Source of the DNA: Thermoplasmatota archaeon
Lineage (GTDB): Archaea; Thermoplasmatota; Penumbrarchaeia; Penumbrarchaeales; Penumbrarchaeaceae
Assembly: GCA_048569615.1 (NCBI GenBank)
Contig: JBLIRK010000007.1
Location: forward strand, 1,174 to 65,173
Length of the DNA: 64,000 nucleotides
Reading direction: 5' to 3'
Shown here: positions 1 through 9,077 of the stretch, piece after piece
Position numbering within the stretch: position 1 is the first letter of the stretch
Layout of the letters: the number at the start of each line of letters is the position of its first letter
Made by a program: the position numbers and the translations under genes
The notes under the pieces: generated by a model
Seen by the model: the letters and a program-made list of their open reading frames with translations, nothing else
What the model was told of the DNA's origin: nothing
The model's database searches: none

Positions 1-67
1 TTCCTACGATTTTATATATTAAAATCGCCGCCTTTATAATGAAAAGATAATAATGAAAGGTGAGCGC

Positions 68-910
68 ATGTCAAAGAAAAGCTATTACCGAGGTGTCGAG
101 GACCCCATCTCAGGAACTTTTCAACTCGCCGAGGAGATCTCCTCGAAAGCTGATAAGGTACTTTCCAGATTCTACTTCTCCCTGTATTTCACATGGTTCA
201 GCATATTTGTTGTCGGGCTCTTGATGCTGACCTTCCTTTTCAGGGGACAGCTATTCATGTTCCTTATCTTCCTCTCGGTATTCATCTCGGGTTTCGTAAC
301 AATATGGCTGCTTGCAACGACCCGGGATTTCCTTAAGAAGGCTTCCTTCAGGTTCAGCGCTGTCCAGGCGATGAGAGAAGGCCCTCCCGCCCACAAGATC
401 CCCTCCGGCAGGACGAAGGCGGAGAGGTTCGTGAAATACCTGCAAAAGGAGAACCGGATGTTCTCAAGACTTCTGAAAAAGAAGCCCGAGGTCCTTAGGA
501 ACGACGCATACATCGTCGGAAGGAAGAGGAGGCACCACTTCGATGCGTTCATAACCATGAAGGCGACCCCTTTCCACAGACTGCATCGAAGGGGATTTCC
601 GGGATATGCCATCTACATAAGGGAATACCGGAAACCCCCGACGAACAGGGATGTAATTGACCTTACAAAGGAGCTCTCCGACATATACAGGAAGAACCGG
701 ATCTACCCCGGCAGGGTTGTGCTCCTTTTCAGGGGATCGAGAAAGTACTCGGGTCTGGAGCCGGAACTTTACGAGGAACTGACGGATACGAAGATCACTC
801 TTCCAGGCGTGCTGGACAGGAAGCTCAACCTCCAGGTTGTGGCAGAGCTTCCCGAGGGTGATTACGATTTCACCCCGTTCATACCGGAACTGAACAACTA
901 CCTTCCCTGA
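68..910 (+). CDS. Hypothetical membrane protein (2 N-terminal TM helices, basic cytoplasmic domain with possible degenerate restriction-endonuclease-like fold)
   Basis: ORF track 53..910; ATG at 68 follows GGTGA at 59-63 and TTTATAA at 33-39. Two hydrophobic segments (FYFSLYFTWFSIFVVGLLMLTFLF, LFMFLIFLSVFISGFVTIWLLA). The fold guess rests only on the pattern HHFDAF..YAIYIREY..RVVLLF. Confidence 0.65.
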   Translation: MSKKSYYRGVEDPISGTFQLAEEISSKADKVLSRFYFSLYFTWFSIFVVGLLMLTFLFRGQLFMFLIFLSVFISGFVTIWLLATTRDFLKKASFRFSAVQAMREGPPAHKIPSGRTKAERFVKYLQKENRMFSRLLKKKPEVLRNDAYIVGRKRRHHFDAFITMKATPFHRLHRRGFPGYAIYIREYRKPPTNRDVIDLTKELSDIYRKNRIYPGRVVLLFRGSRKYSGLEPELYEELTDTKITLPGVLDRKLNLQVVAELPEGDYDFTPFIPELNNYLP

Positions 911-929
911 ACCCAAGGAGGAAAAAAGG

Positions 930-1328
930 TTGGCGAAGAGGAGCTACAAGGACATTAACCTCTATTCCTGCATAGTCCTGAACCTCCTCTCATCGGCCAT
1001 GGAGATAGACCTGTCCCAGAAAGACCTCAAGGATAAGATCGACCTGATAATGCTCAAGGAGAGGGAGGGTCTCTCCAAATCGGAGATCATGCATCACATT
1101 AGGTCTAATCACAACATGACATCACGCATCCTGGAACATCTCGAGGAGCAGGGATGTGTCGAAGTTGTGAAGGATGAAAAGGGTTATTCGGTCCTGCCGA
1201 CCAGGGAAGGCATTCTTCATGTAATGGAGTTCAACAAGTTCTATGCCTCGATCTATTCCAATCAGATAGAGGAGCATTACAGATATCTGGGGCTTCCCGC
1301 TTGGTACAGAAAGTTCTCAATGGGTTAA
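930..1328 (+). CDS. Winged helix-turn-helix protein (putative transcription regulator)
   Basis: TTG start after GGAGG; LSKSEIMHHIRSNHNMTSRILEHLEEQGCVEVVKDEKGYSVLPTREG is a typical wHTH helix-wing-T(x)xG pattern. Confidence 0.7.
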   Translation: MAKRSYKDINLYSCIVLNLLSSAMEIDLSQKDLKDKIDLIMLKEREGLSKSEIMHHIRSNHNMTSRILEHLEEQGCVEVVKDEKGYSVLPTREGILHVMEFNKFYASIYSNQIEEHYRYLGLPAWYRKFSMG

Positions 1329-2470
1329 TTCTCTAAACCGGGTATTGTCCCTGTCATCTCGAAATAGCGCCTTATGGAGCCAATCTTCTCCCGTGCTTCG
1401 GCGGGTATCTCGACCTCGAACTCCCGCATCAGGGACAGGAACCACATCAGGGTCTCCATGAGCTGCTCCAACTCCTCCTGGTTGAGTTCATCCAGACCCT
1501 CTATGCATTTCTTCTGGAAGGAGAGTATCACGTTCTCGTAGTCCGTGATCATCTTCACGGCGAGAAGCTCGATGAAGGGCGTGGGATCGCCCTCGTCCGC
1601 CATCTGCAGCCTTTTGAGATACTCCTCCCTGTCGGCCACTTCGATTATGAGCGGGGGGTAACCGTTCCTTTCAAGGATGAAATTCAGGAGCTCCCTGGCC
1701 GCCCTTCCGTTGCCGTCGGTGAAGGGGTGGATCTGCACGAACCTGTAATGGAATATGCAGGCAAGCTCGAAAGCCGGAAGATCATCGGGGTTCTCCCTAT
1801 ACCATTTTATGAGCCCCTTCAACTCATCCCTGATGAAGATTGCCGGTGGCGGCTCGAACTTCGAACCCACCACCCCCACTCCTATTCTGCGGAGGTTCCC
1901 CGCCTGATCGTCGTCAATGTTGCGCTGGACAAGCGAGTGAAGCTTCAATATCATATCAATGGTAATATCCCCTTTGAAATTCCTGATGAACCTGCTTATC
2001 CGCCTGAAGTTCTCGATCTCGTGGATCTCCCTGAGCCTCTTCCCTCTGGGTGCGATGCCGTCTTCAAGCACCAGAGCGGCTTCCCTGAGTGTCAAAGTGT
2101 TTCCTTCCAGGGCGGTAGTGTGATGGACGTATTTCACCCGCAGGTCATCCTGATATTTCTCCAGCTCAGAGGGATATAGGTCGGATAGATATGATGAATA
2201 GAAGTTCCTGATCATGGCAAGGTAGATCGTATAGAAACGGGGCAGGTATTTCGGTCTGGCCTCCTTGGCTTCCATATACACCTTGTACAATATGGATTTA
2301 AGTTCCATCAGCTCGGTGTAGAATTCCACCTTCCGCTCAAGCTCCTGCTTGTCCATTCCCTTCGGGCCAAGGGATTTCTCGAACCTCCTCTTCTTCCCCT
2401 TGTATGATGACGTCGCGGAGATGTAGAGATATTTTCTTCCGCTTACCGTTCTTTCCTTTATCGAGACCAT
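1325..2470 (-). CDS. Fic family protein (class II, autoinhibited AMP-transferase)
   Basis: Canonical Fic motif HPFTDGNGRAAR; N-terminal inhibitory (S/T)xxxE(G/N) motif in HHTTALEGNTLTL. Confidence 0.92.
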   Translation of the reverse strand: MVSIKERTVSGRKYLYISATSSYKGKKRRFEKSLGPKGMDKQELERKVEFYTELMELKSILYKVYMEAKEARPKYLPRFYTIYLAMIRNFYSSYLSDLYPSELEKYQDDLRVKYVHHTTALEGNTLTLREAALVLEDGIAPRGKRLREIHEIENFRRISRFIRNFKGDITIDMILKLHSLVQRNIDDDQAGNLRRIGVGVVGSKFEPPPAIFIRDELKGLIKWYRENPDDLPAFELACIFHYRFVQIHPFTDGNGRAARELLNFILERNGYPPLIIEVADREEYLKRLQMADEGDPTPFIELLAVKMITDYENVILSFQKKCIEGLDELNQEELEQLMETLMWFLSLMREFEVEIPAEAREKIGSIRRYFEMTGTIPGLEN

Positions 2471-2539
2471 GTCCCACCCAAATTATCCCCCCTATTTTTA
2501 ACTTGCCGGAGAAAAGGCAATGTTCGGGGGGATAAATAT

Positions 2540-5500
2540 TCACTCCTCGATGTCGAACTCATCACTCTGCCTTTGCTTCTTCAGCAGGAAATATCCAATG
2601 GTGAACAGCCCGCCGATCACGACTATGATAAACGGGAGCCAAGGTCCCGGTGAGCCGTCATCCGATCCTCCTCCGGGCTCCAGGTTCTCGAGCACTATCA
2701 CACCCATATCGTACTCGCTGGTGGCCATTATGGATACGACCTTTGAATACGGCTTGTATCCATCAACTAAGATTGTCACTGTGTAATCTCCCGGAGGAAC
2801 CCATATCTCGAAACTGCCGTAACCATCCGTTCTGTCCGTATGGTTCCCTATGCTGACCAGGGCGTTCTGGACCTTTCTGTCCTTGCTATCTATGACGAAC
2901 CCATGGACCCTTATGAGATTTCCGCGGGGCAGGACAGTGAATTCCCAGGAGTAGGGGCCCATGAAATTCCCTGCGGCATCGGAGGCGAACAGGGTAACCG
3001 TATAGGTCAGACCCACTGTCAGATCGGCGTCCGGAACGAACTCAAGCCTGGTTCCGTTGTTGAGTATCTCGAGAGTTCCTTTTACTTCCGGTGTTATTGT
3101 GAGGTCGATCCCGGAAGCTTCCACCGGCTCCCCGAAATCAACATATATCACTGCATCCGGAGGCACCTCCCTCCCCAAGGGCCCTGCATCCAGAACCGAA
3201 GGCGCCGTCCTGTCAACCGTGAAATGGAGGATGGTTGTTCCGTTCCTCCCGCCCACGTCCCATGCTCTTACCATGAATACATGGTTCCCTTCATCAAGGA
3301 GGGGGGAAAAGCAGCTGAGGTCCGAACCGACGTTGATCCAGCTGCCAAGGTCAAGGTTGTACTCGATGAAGTCGATCATCGATCCCGCGGAATGGACCGA
3401 CCACCTGAACTCAACGGTTTCGTTCCTAACGAAAAGGCCGGATGGATCGGTTATCTCCACGACCGGAGGAAGGACATCGATATCCAGGGTAATATTATCC
3501 AATGCGGTAAGTCCCTCCCCCGTAGTGAGCCTGAGATGGATATCGAGAAGCCCGTTTTCCAGACCGGCCATCTCGTATGTGGTTGTATTTCCTATGTTAA
3601 GCCAGCTTGTGTTGCCGAGCCTTATTTCGAATCCCAAGAGCGTTCCATTCTCGAGTGCATAGTCCCAGGTCAACGTGATATTGTCAACGGTAGATCTAGA
3701 GCCCTCGAGGGGATAGGTTATCCACACTCTTGGCTGTCCCAGAGGTTTCGGGGTCAGTACTTGGAAGTTGTTGCTTCTCGAGCTCTCGCCTGCCAGATTT
3801 ACCGCAGTTACCTCATAGGTGTATAGATTGTCGGGGAGCAGTCCCGAATCGCCATATGCGGTCTGCGGGAAAGGAACCTCGGCCAGCCGCTCCTCGATAT
3901 CGAGATGGGAGCGGTAGATCCTGTAATGTGTCAAGGGGGAGCCGCCGTCCCACGTTGGAGGAAGCCATGAGAGGTTGCAATAGTACCGGCCTGACATTCC
4001 GGTTAAAGAGCGGGGAGCCGTTGGAGGAAATATGTCCGGAGGGACCGATACCGAGATCGGACCTGCAGCTTCTCCTTCCACCGGCCAGCTGAAAGCGGAA
4101 AGCCAGTAGGTGTAATCGAGACCGGGGCCCACTTCCGTGTCATTGAATCTTACGGTGAAGGCCGAAAGGTTCCTGTAGATCTCCCTGGGCCCGCTTCCAT
4201 TCTGCCTGTAGAGCCTGTATCCTGCGAAAGGAGGATCGCCAACATCGGAGGGAGGCAGCCAGGCGAGGGAAACAAAGTATCTGCCCTCCTCGGCAGAAAA
4301 CGAGAGCGGTGGTCCGGGAGGCACCGGGATGAAGCTCGATATGGGGAAGGGATCCGAATTGGAGCCTCCGTCGAGCTGGTAAGGGTTGTCAACTATCCCG
4401 TCCTTGTTATCGTCGGGGGTCCTCCAATCGAACCAGGTGTTGCCTCTGTCATTGTAATACCAGGAGTTTGAATTCCCGGAATCATAGCCCTGTATGTTGA
4501 GAGCGTAGTAGGTATCGGTGGAGCCTCTGTTGTACATCAGAATATTGTCGTTGATCCGGTTCAGGTAACCTGAAACGCTGATTCCGTATCCTATGCAGTA
4601 GGAGATGTTGTTGTGGGAAATGGTCTCATGCCGGGACCTGGACCCTAGATTTATTCCGATATCATCGGGGAAGGTGATCCCATTGCCATCCACGGTATTG
4701 TTGGAGGAGAAATCCAGGTTGATCCCCCATATACCTCCGGATATTTTGTTCCCCGAAACGATATTGCGGGAAGCCGAAAGGTCCGCATACGGATTCGATC
4801 CGAAAAATACATCTCCTCCGTTTATCTCGATCCCCGTGTATCTGTTGCCAATTGTATTGTCGAGGACAGAATTGTGGCCGCACCTGCCGATCAAGATGCC
4901 CGACCCGCCAAAACCGTAGATATCGTTTTCGAAGATCGTATTGTTGGATGGTCCGTCCTTCAGAGATATCGCATATCCCTGCTCGTCGGTGAACCTGTTG
5001 CCGCTTATGTTGTTCCAGCGGGAGACCTCGGAGATCATGATGCCGTTGGGATTGGTCAGAATGTGATTGTCGTAAAAGGTGCAGTTGTCCCCGTATTCCA
5101 TTGTCAAACCGCACCATGAATTGGACCTCAGTTCTGTCCCGTTCACCCTGATCCCATTCACGTTCCTTAAAAAAAGTCCGTTGTAATTATCTATGAGCTG
5201 GCACCCCTCAACTGAAGCACGGCTGACATTCACAAGGGCTATCCCGCTCTGCCAGTAGTATGTGTCCCAGCTCCCGGAAGAGTTGTGAACCAGGCAGCTC
5301 CTGATAATGAAGCTGTAGGTGACATTCCCGATATAGATACCCGAACCTGCTCCTCTTGCAAAAATCTGGAAATCAGAGAGTATGAACGGGTCGTTCTGGG
5401 AGCCGTCCCCGGGCCATCCTTCGGCCGTCGAGATGTTCTCCATCTCGCCGTCATTGTTTATCCTGATGGGGGAATGTACGATCCATGTTGAGAATGCCCC

Positions 5501-5593
5501 CGAGGTAGAGCTCTCGGCGTCGTCTGGCAAGAGCAATTCGGTTGCTGATAAGGTCAAGGCCACCAGCAGGAGAAAAGCGGTCGTATTTCTCAT
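2540..5593 (-). CDS. Cell-surface protein: signal peptide, NosD/CASH-type beta-helix, 2 Fn3, Ig-like (Big/SbsA-like), carboxypeptidase-regulatory-like domain, C-terminal TM, short acidic tail
   Basis: Start moved to ATG 5593 (MRNTTAFLLLVAL signal peptide, GGGAG RBS). N-x-I-x-x-N beta-helix repeats; Fn3 motifs LAWLPP..YRLYR and LSWLPP..YRIYR..YTYEVTAVN; TM WLPFIIVVIGGLFTIGYFLLKK. Confidence 0.85.
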   Translation of the reverse strand: MRNTTAFLLLVALTLSATELLLPDDAESSTSGAFSTWIVHSPIRINNDGEMENISTAEGWPGDGSQNDPFILSDFQIFARGAGSGIYIGNVTYSFIIRSCLVHNSSGSWDTYYWQSGIALVNVSRASVEGCQLIDNYNGLFLRNVNGIRVNGTELRSNSWCGLTMEYGDNCTFYDNHILTNPNGIMISEVSRWNNISGNRFTDEQGYAISLKDGPSNNTIFENDIYGFGGSGILIGRCGHNSVLDNTIGNRYTGIEINGGDVFFGSNPYADLSASRNIVSGNKISGGIWGINLDFSSNNTVDGNGITFPDDIGINLGSRSRHETISHNNISYCIGYGISVSGYLNRINDNILMYNRGSTDTYYALNIQGYDSGNSNSWYYNDRGNTWFDWRTPDDNKDGIVDNPYQLDGGSNSDPFPISSFIPVPPGPPLSFSAEEGRYFVSLAWLPPSDVGDPPFAGYRLYRQNGSGPREIYRNLSAFTVRFNDTEVGPGLDYTYWLSAFSWPVEGEAAGPISVSVPPDIFPPTAPRSLTGMSGRYYCNLSWLPPTWDGGSPLTHYRIYRSHLDIEERLAEVPFPQTAYGDSGLLPDNLYTYEVTAVNLAGESSRSNNFQVLTPKPLGQPRVWITYPLEGSRSTVDNITLTWDYALENGTLLGFEIRLGNTSWLNIGNTTTYEMAGLENGLLDIHLRLTTGEGLTALDNITLDIDVLPPVVEITDPSGLFVRNETVEFRWSVHSAGSMIDFIEYNLDLGSWINVGSDLSCFSPLLDEGNHVFMVRAWDVGGRNGTTILHFTVDRTAPSVLDAGPLGREVPPDAVIYVDFGEPVEASGIDLTITPEVKGTLEILNNGTRLEFVPDADLTVGLTYTVTLFASDAAGNFMGPYSWEFTVLPRGNLIRVHGFVIDSKDRKVQNALVSIGNHTDRTDGYGSFEIWVPPGDYTVTILVDGYKPYSKVVSIMATSEYDMGVIVLENLEPGGGSDDGSPGPWLPFIIVVIGGLFTIGYFLLKKQRQSDEFDIEE

Positions 5594-5817
5594 GTCGCTC
5601 CCTTTTCTGCATCTAACTGACTGGGGGGTATAAAAGAATATTCCCGGGAGTCCGGACACACATGTACATGAGAGCTTTAAATAATCCTACCTGTGTTTTT
5701 TTTCCTACCTTGAGCAGGAGGCTGTCAGGGGTCTCGGAGAGAGAAGATTCAGCTGTTTTTCATTGATTTGATTCTCTATGATAAACATTGATCCGACTCC
5801 GATCCAATGGGAGGGAT

Positions 5818-8800
5818 TCAGTACCTTCCGGTGATGCGGAGGATCCTGTCCTGCAGATCTCTTTTATCGCTGTCAAGGAGAATGGTCTTGGCGGCATTTA
5901 TCTCGTGCATCTTCTTGTGGGCTTCCTCCTCGTTGAAATCCTCCCCGTGCATGGCCCTGTCCGGATGATATTTTGCCGCCAGGTTCCGGTAGGCTTTCTT
6001 TATCTCCTTTTGTGAAACTGTCCTCGACACACCTAGAGTTTCGTAGGCATCCACCTGGTCGATCTTGGTAGAGACATCGAAATGTCTGAGTATCTCCAGC
6101 ATATGCTCCCTGTCCTCCTCGGAAATGTAATGCTTGTCATGATGCCGCTTGATGAGGAAGACTCCGATCATGAAGGCGATAAGAAGTGAGACCAGCACAA
6201 CGGCCGTTATTGCTATGATCATCGGCGTATCACTGCCCGAGTCCTTCGATGGTATTGTCAACAGATTTATCGTTCCCAAAGATGTGGTCCTGCCAGCCGT
6301 TATGGTGACGGTGCCGTTGTATTCCTGGTATCCATAGCGGGTGATGTTCAGCGGGTACGTTCCCATATGATATGAGATATTGAACCGTCCGTTCCCGTCC
6401 GTCCTGTCGGAAGCGAGGCCAGCAAGGTTCACTTTTATTCCCACCATGGGAGCTCCGAACTCATCAACAACGATACCCTCGATGTATCCTATGTCAGTTG
6501 TCGTGAAGTTCCAGCTGTGGGGTCTCAGCCTGTTGCCGGCGGTATCCGAACCTCCCACCTCGACCCTGTAAGTGGTCGCGTATTCAAGCTCTCCATCAAT
6601 AATGTAGGTGACCTGCCCGTCGCGCACCGATAGCTCCCCATCCACACCGGGGATCTTGACTTCGATCGAATCGGGATCGAGCAACTCGGAAAATATCAAC
6701 CAGATGTCCTCGTCAACAGCGACCTGCTCACCCGCTGGAAGAAACTGGATCACGTAGGGCTCGGAAGTGTCGATCGTAAAGGAGACCCTCTGAATGATAA
6801 TGTTCCCCGCTCTGTCGTAGGCGGACACGCTGATCTGGTGGGTTCCGTCGGAGATATTGTTGAAGCTGACCGGCATATTGGATTTATATTCAAACGGGAG
6901 GTTTGAATCCATCTGGACCATGAACCTTGAGATCCCGGAAAGGGAATCCTCCGAAGTGAAGGAAAGTTCGAAGGTGGAGGTGTTGAGGTATGAATCCTGG
7001 AGCGGGAAGAGTATATCAAGAGAGGGTTTTGACTTGTCCATCAGGATATCCTTTGTCACCTGTGCGTTGTTCCCGCCCTGATCACGGACCATTACGGAAA
7101 AATGATGAAGACCCTCGGTATGAAGCTGCACCACAAGCTCTGTCACCCTCCCCCGGTCCACCCAATTACCTTCATCTAGACGGGTGAATACCGTGGAGAC
7201 ACCCGAGGTCGAGTCGGCCATCTGCCATTCCACGAGAAGGGAGTCCAGATTGGTATGGGTCAGCTCGGGTTGGTTGAACGTCACGAAGGGGGAGACAGTA
7301 TCCAGGGTGAACCTGACATCATCCTCGCCCCTGAGATCAAGGGCATTCCATGCTTCCACCGAAATTGTATGGTAACCCTCGGAATCCAGCTCGATCTCGA
7401 CGATCTCGGACGGCAGGTATTCCTTCCCTTCCTCATCGTCAACATACACTATTATCCTTGTCAGATCGCTCTCCCTCTCTATTATATTCCATTCCAATCG
7501 GAGGGTGGTGGTATTGACCACGCTTTCGGTCTTCGGGTAGGTTATCGTTATCTCCGGAGGTGTTGTATCAAAAACGATGGATACGGGATCGGAGAGGGGT
7601 CCTTCTCCCGCCTCGGTGATCGCTGATACCATGTAGCTGTACATCAATCCGGGAAATACCTCTCCATCGGTGTAGAAGACCGTATTGGTCTCACTTGTGG
7701 ACCTTATCTCCCAGTCTCCGCCCGATTCGCTCCTGTAGATCCTGTACATGTCGATATTCAGTCCGTAATGCTTGACCGCTCCCTTCCAGGAGAGCCTGAT
7801 CCCGCTTTGACCTGCGGATGCCTCCAGGTCCTTTGGCGGACCCGAGAGGTCCATGGGGGAGCGGAGGAGGGGGAGCGGATCGAAATTGGTACCGCCGGCG
7901 ACGGGATACGGCTCGTCAACGATGCCGTCATCGTCAAGATCGGGGGAGGTCCAGTCGGTCCAGTGATTTCCTCTCTGTGTATCGGAATCGAAGAATTTCA
8001 CAACATTGCCGAGGTCTGCGGCCTGCACGTTCCAGGAGGCGAAGTTGAAGGTCGCACCGTTGTTCTTCGAGAAGGTGTTGTTCCATATCCGAACTCCATC
8101 ACATTCCGATGGGGATGAATAGTAGTAGAGCTGGAGTGGAGCCTTGTTGTTGTAGAACAGATTGCCGGAGATGGAACAGTCCCTGGACCTTTGTATGGTC
8201 ATTGGTTCATCATTCTCTTTTACGAAGCAGTTCGACACGGTCGTATTATCGGCATAATCAAGATTGATCCCTACCGCCGTTTCCCCACCGATGATGTTTA
8301 TATCCTTTAAAACGGTTCTATCGGATTCTCCCACTGCTATTCCATAAGAAAGATCCTGGCCGGTTACCATACCTCCGACCATGAAGCAGTCGAATGATTC
8401 GCTTATACTGATTCCTACTTGCACTGCCCATGTATTCATATCGATCATAGCAACATTGGAAGATCGTATTAGGTAAACACCCGTAAAAGCATTAACCACC
8501 GTGTTCTCCATCAATGTGATGTTCGAGGAAGAGGACAACAGGATTCCACGTTGCGTGTTTTTATCCATCCAGCACTTTTCAATATTAAGCCAGGAGCAGG
8601 AGTGGATGTATATCCCTAACTTGTTATCGTTCATGTAGCTCTCCTTTATGGTGCCGTTTCGGCAGTTGTTCAAATAAAGGGCTTTTCCGGTAAACCAATT
8701 CTGATCGTCGGTCGCACCTGTAAAAGTGCAGGATCGGACCTCGAAATGAAGGGAGACATCGGAGATGCTCAGGCATGTGTCGCCCCCACTGGCATCTATC

Positions 8801-9027
8801 TCGAGGTTGTCGATCGTTACCGGATCATTCTCACTTCCGGTCCCGTTCCAGTTGTAAGTCGTTTTCTTCAACAGAAGATCATCATTCCCGACTATGGTGA
8901 TCGGGGAGCTCTGAAGCCTCGTATCCGATGGAACGTCCTCGGCTGAGGACCTCAAGTTTACTGAGCCGAGGCCGATCAACAAGATGACCGCAGCGGTCAA
9001 TAATGCCCGGGAAAGGCTCTCCTTCAT
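5818..9027 (-). CDS. Cell-surface beta-helix/Fn3/Ig protein with single TM and cytoplasmic C-terminal J-domain
   Basis: Signal peptide MKESLSRALLTAAVILLIGLG; same ectodomain modules as its neighbours; TM IIAITAVVLVSLLIAFMIGVFLI followed by KRHH; tail DAYETLGV..EIKKAYRNLAAKYHPDR..MHEINAAKTILLDSDKR (HPD codons at 5959-5967). Confidence 0.9.
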   Translation of the reverse strand: MKESLSRALLTAAVILLIGLGSVNLRSSAEDVPSDTRLQSSPITIVGNDDLLLKKTTYNWNGTGSENDPVTIDNLEIDASGGDTCLSISDVSLHFEVRSCTFTGATDDQNWFTGKALYLNNCRNGTIKESYMNDNKLGIYIHSCSWLNIEKCWMDKNTQRGILLSSSSNITLMENTVVNAFTGVYLIRSSNVAMIDMNTWAVQVGISISESFDCFMVGGMVTGQDLSYGIAVGESDRTVLKDINIIGGETAVGINLDYADNTTVSNCFVKENDEPMTIQRSRDCSISGNLFYNNKAPLQLYYYSSPSECDGVRIWNNTFSKNNGATFNFASWNVQAADLGNVVKFFDSDTQRGNHWTDWTSPDLDDDGIVDEPYPVAGGTNFDPLPLLRSPMDLSGPPKDLEASAGQSGIRLSWKGAVKHYGLNIDMYRIYRSESGGDWEIRSTSETNTVFYTDGEVFPGLMYSYMVSAITEAGEGPLSDPVSIVFDTTPPEITITYPKTESVVNTTTLRLEWNIIERESDLTRIIVYVDDEEGKEYLPSEIVEIELDSEGYHTISVEAWNALDLRGEDDVRFTLDTVSPFVTFNQPELTHTNLDSLLVEWQMADSTSGVSTVFTRLDEGNWVDRGRVTELVVQLHTEGLHHFSVMVRDQGGNNAQVTKDILMDKSKPSLDILFPLQDSYLNTSTFELSFTSEDSLSGISRFMVQMDSNLPFEYKSNMPVSFNNISDGTHQISVSAYDRAGNIIIQRVSFTIDTSEPYVIQFLPAGEQVAVDEDIWLIFSELLDPDSIEVKIPGVDGELSVRDGQVTYIIDGELEYATTYRVEVGGSDTAGNRLRPHSWNFTTTDIGYIEGIVVDEFGAPMVGIKVNLAGLASDRTDGNGRFNISYHMGTYPLNITRYGYQEYNGTVTITAGRTTSLGTINLLTIPSKDSGSDTPMIIAITAVVLVSLLIAFMIGVFLIKRHHDKHYISEEDREHMLEILRHFDVSTKIDQVDAYETLGVSRTVSQKEIKKAYRNLAAKYHPDRAMHGEDFNEEEAHKKMHEINAAKTILLDSDKRDLQDRILRITGRY

Positions 9028-9077
9028 CCACTGGACCCAAGTGCCAGATTCTAATTAAAAGTTATCAGAACGGTCGC

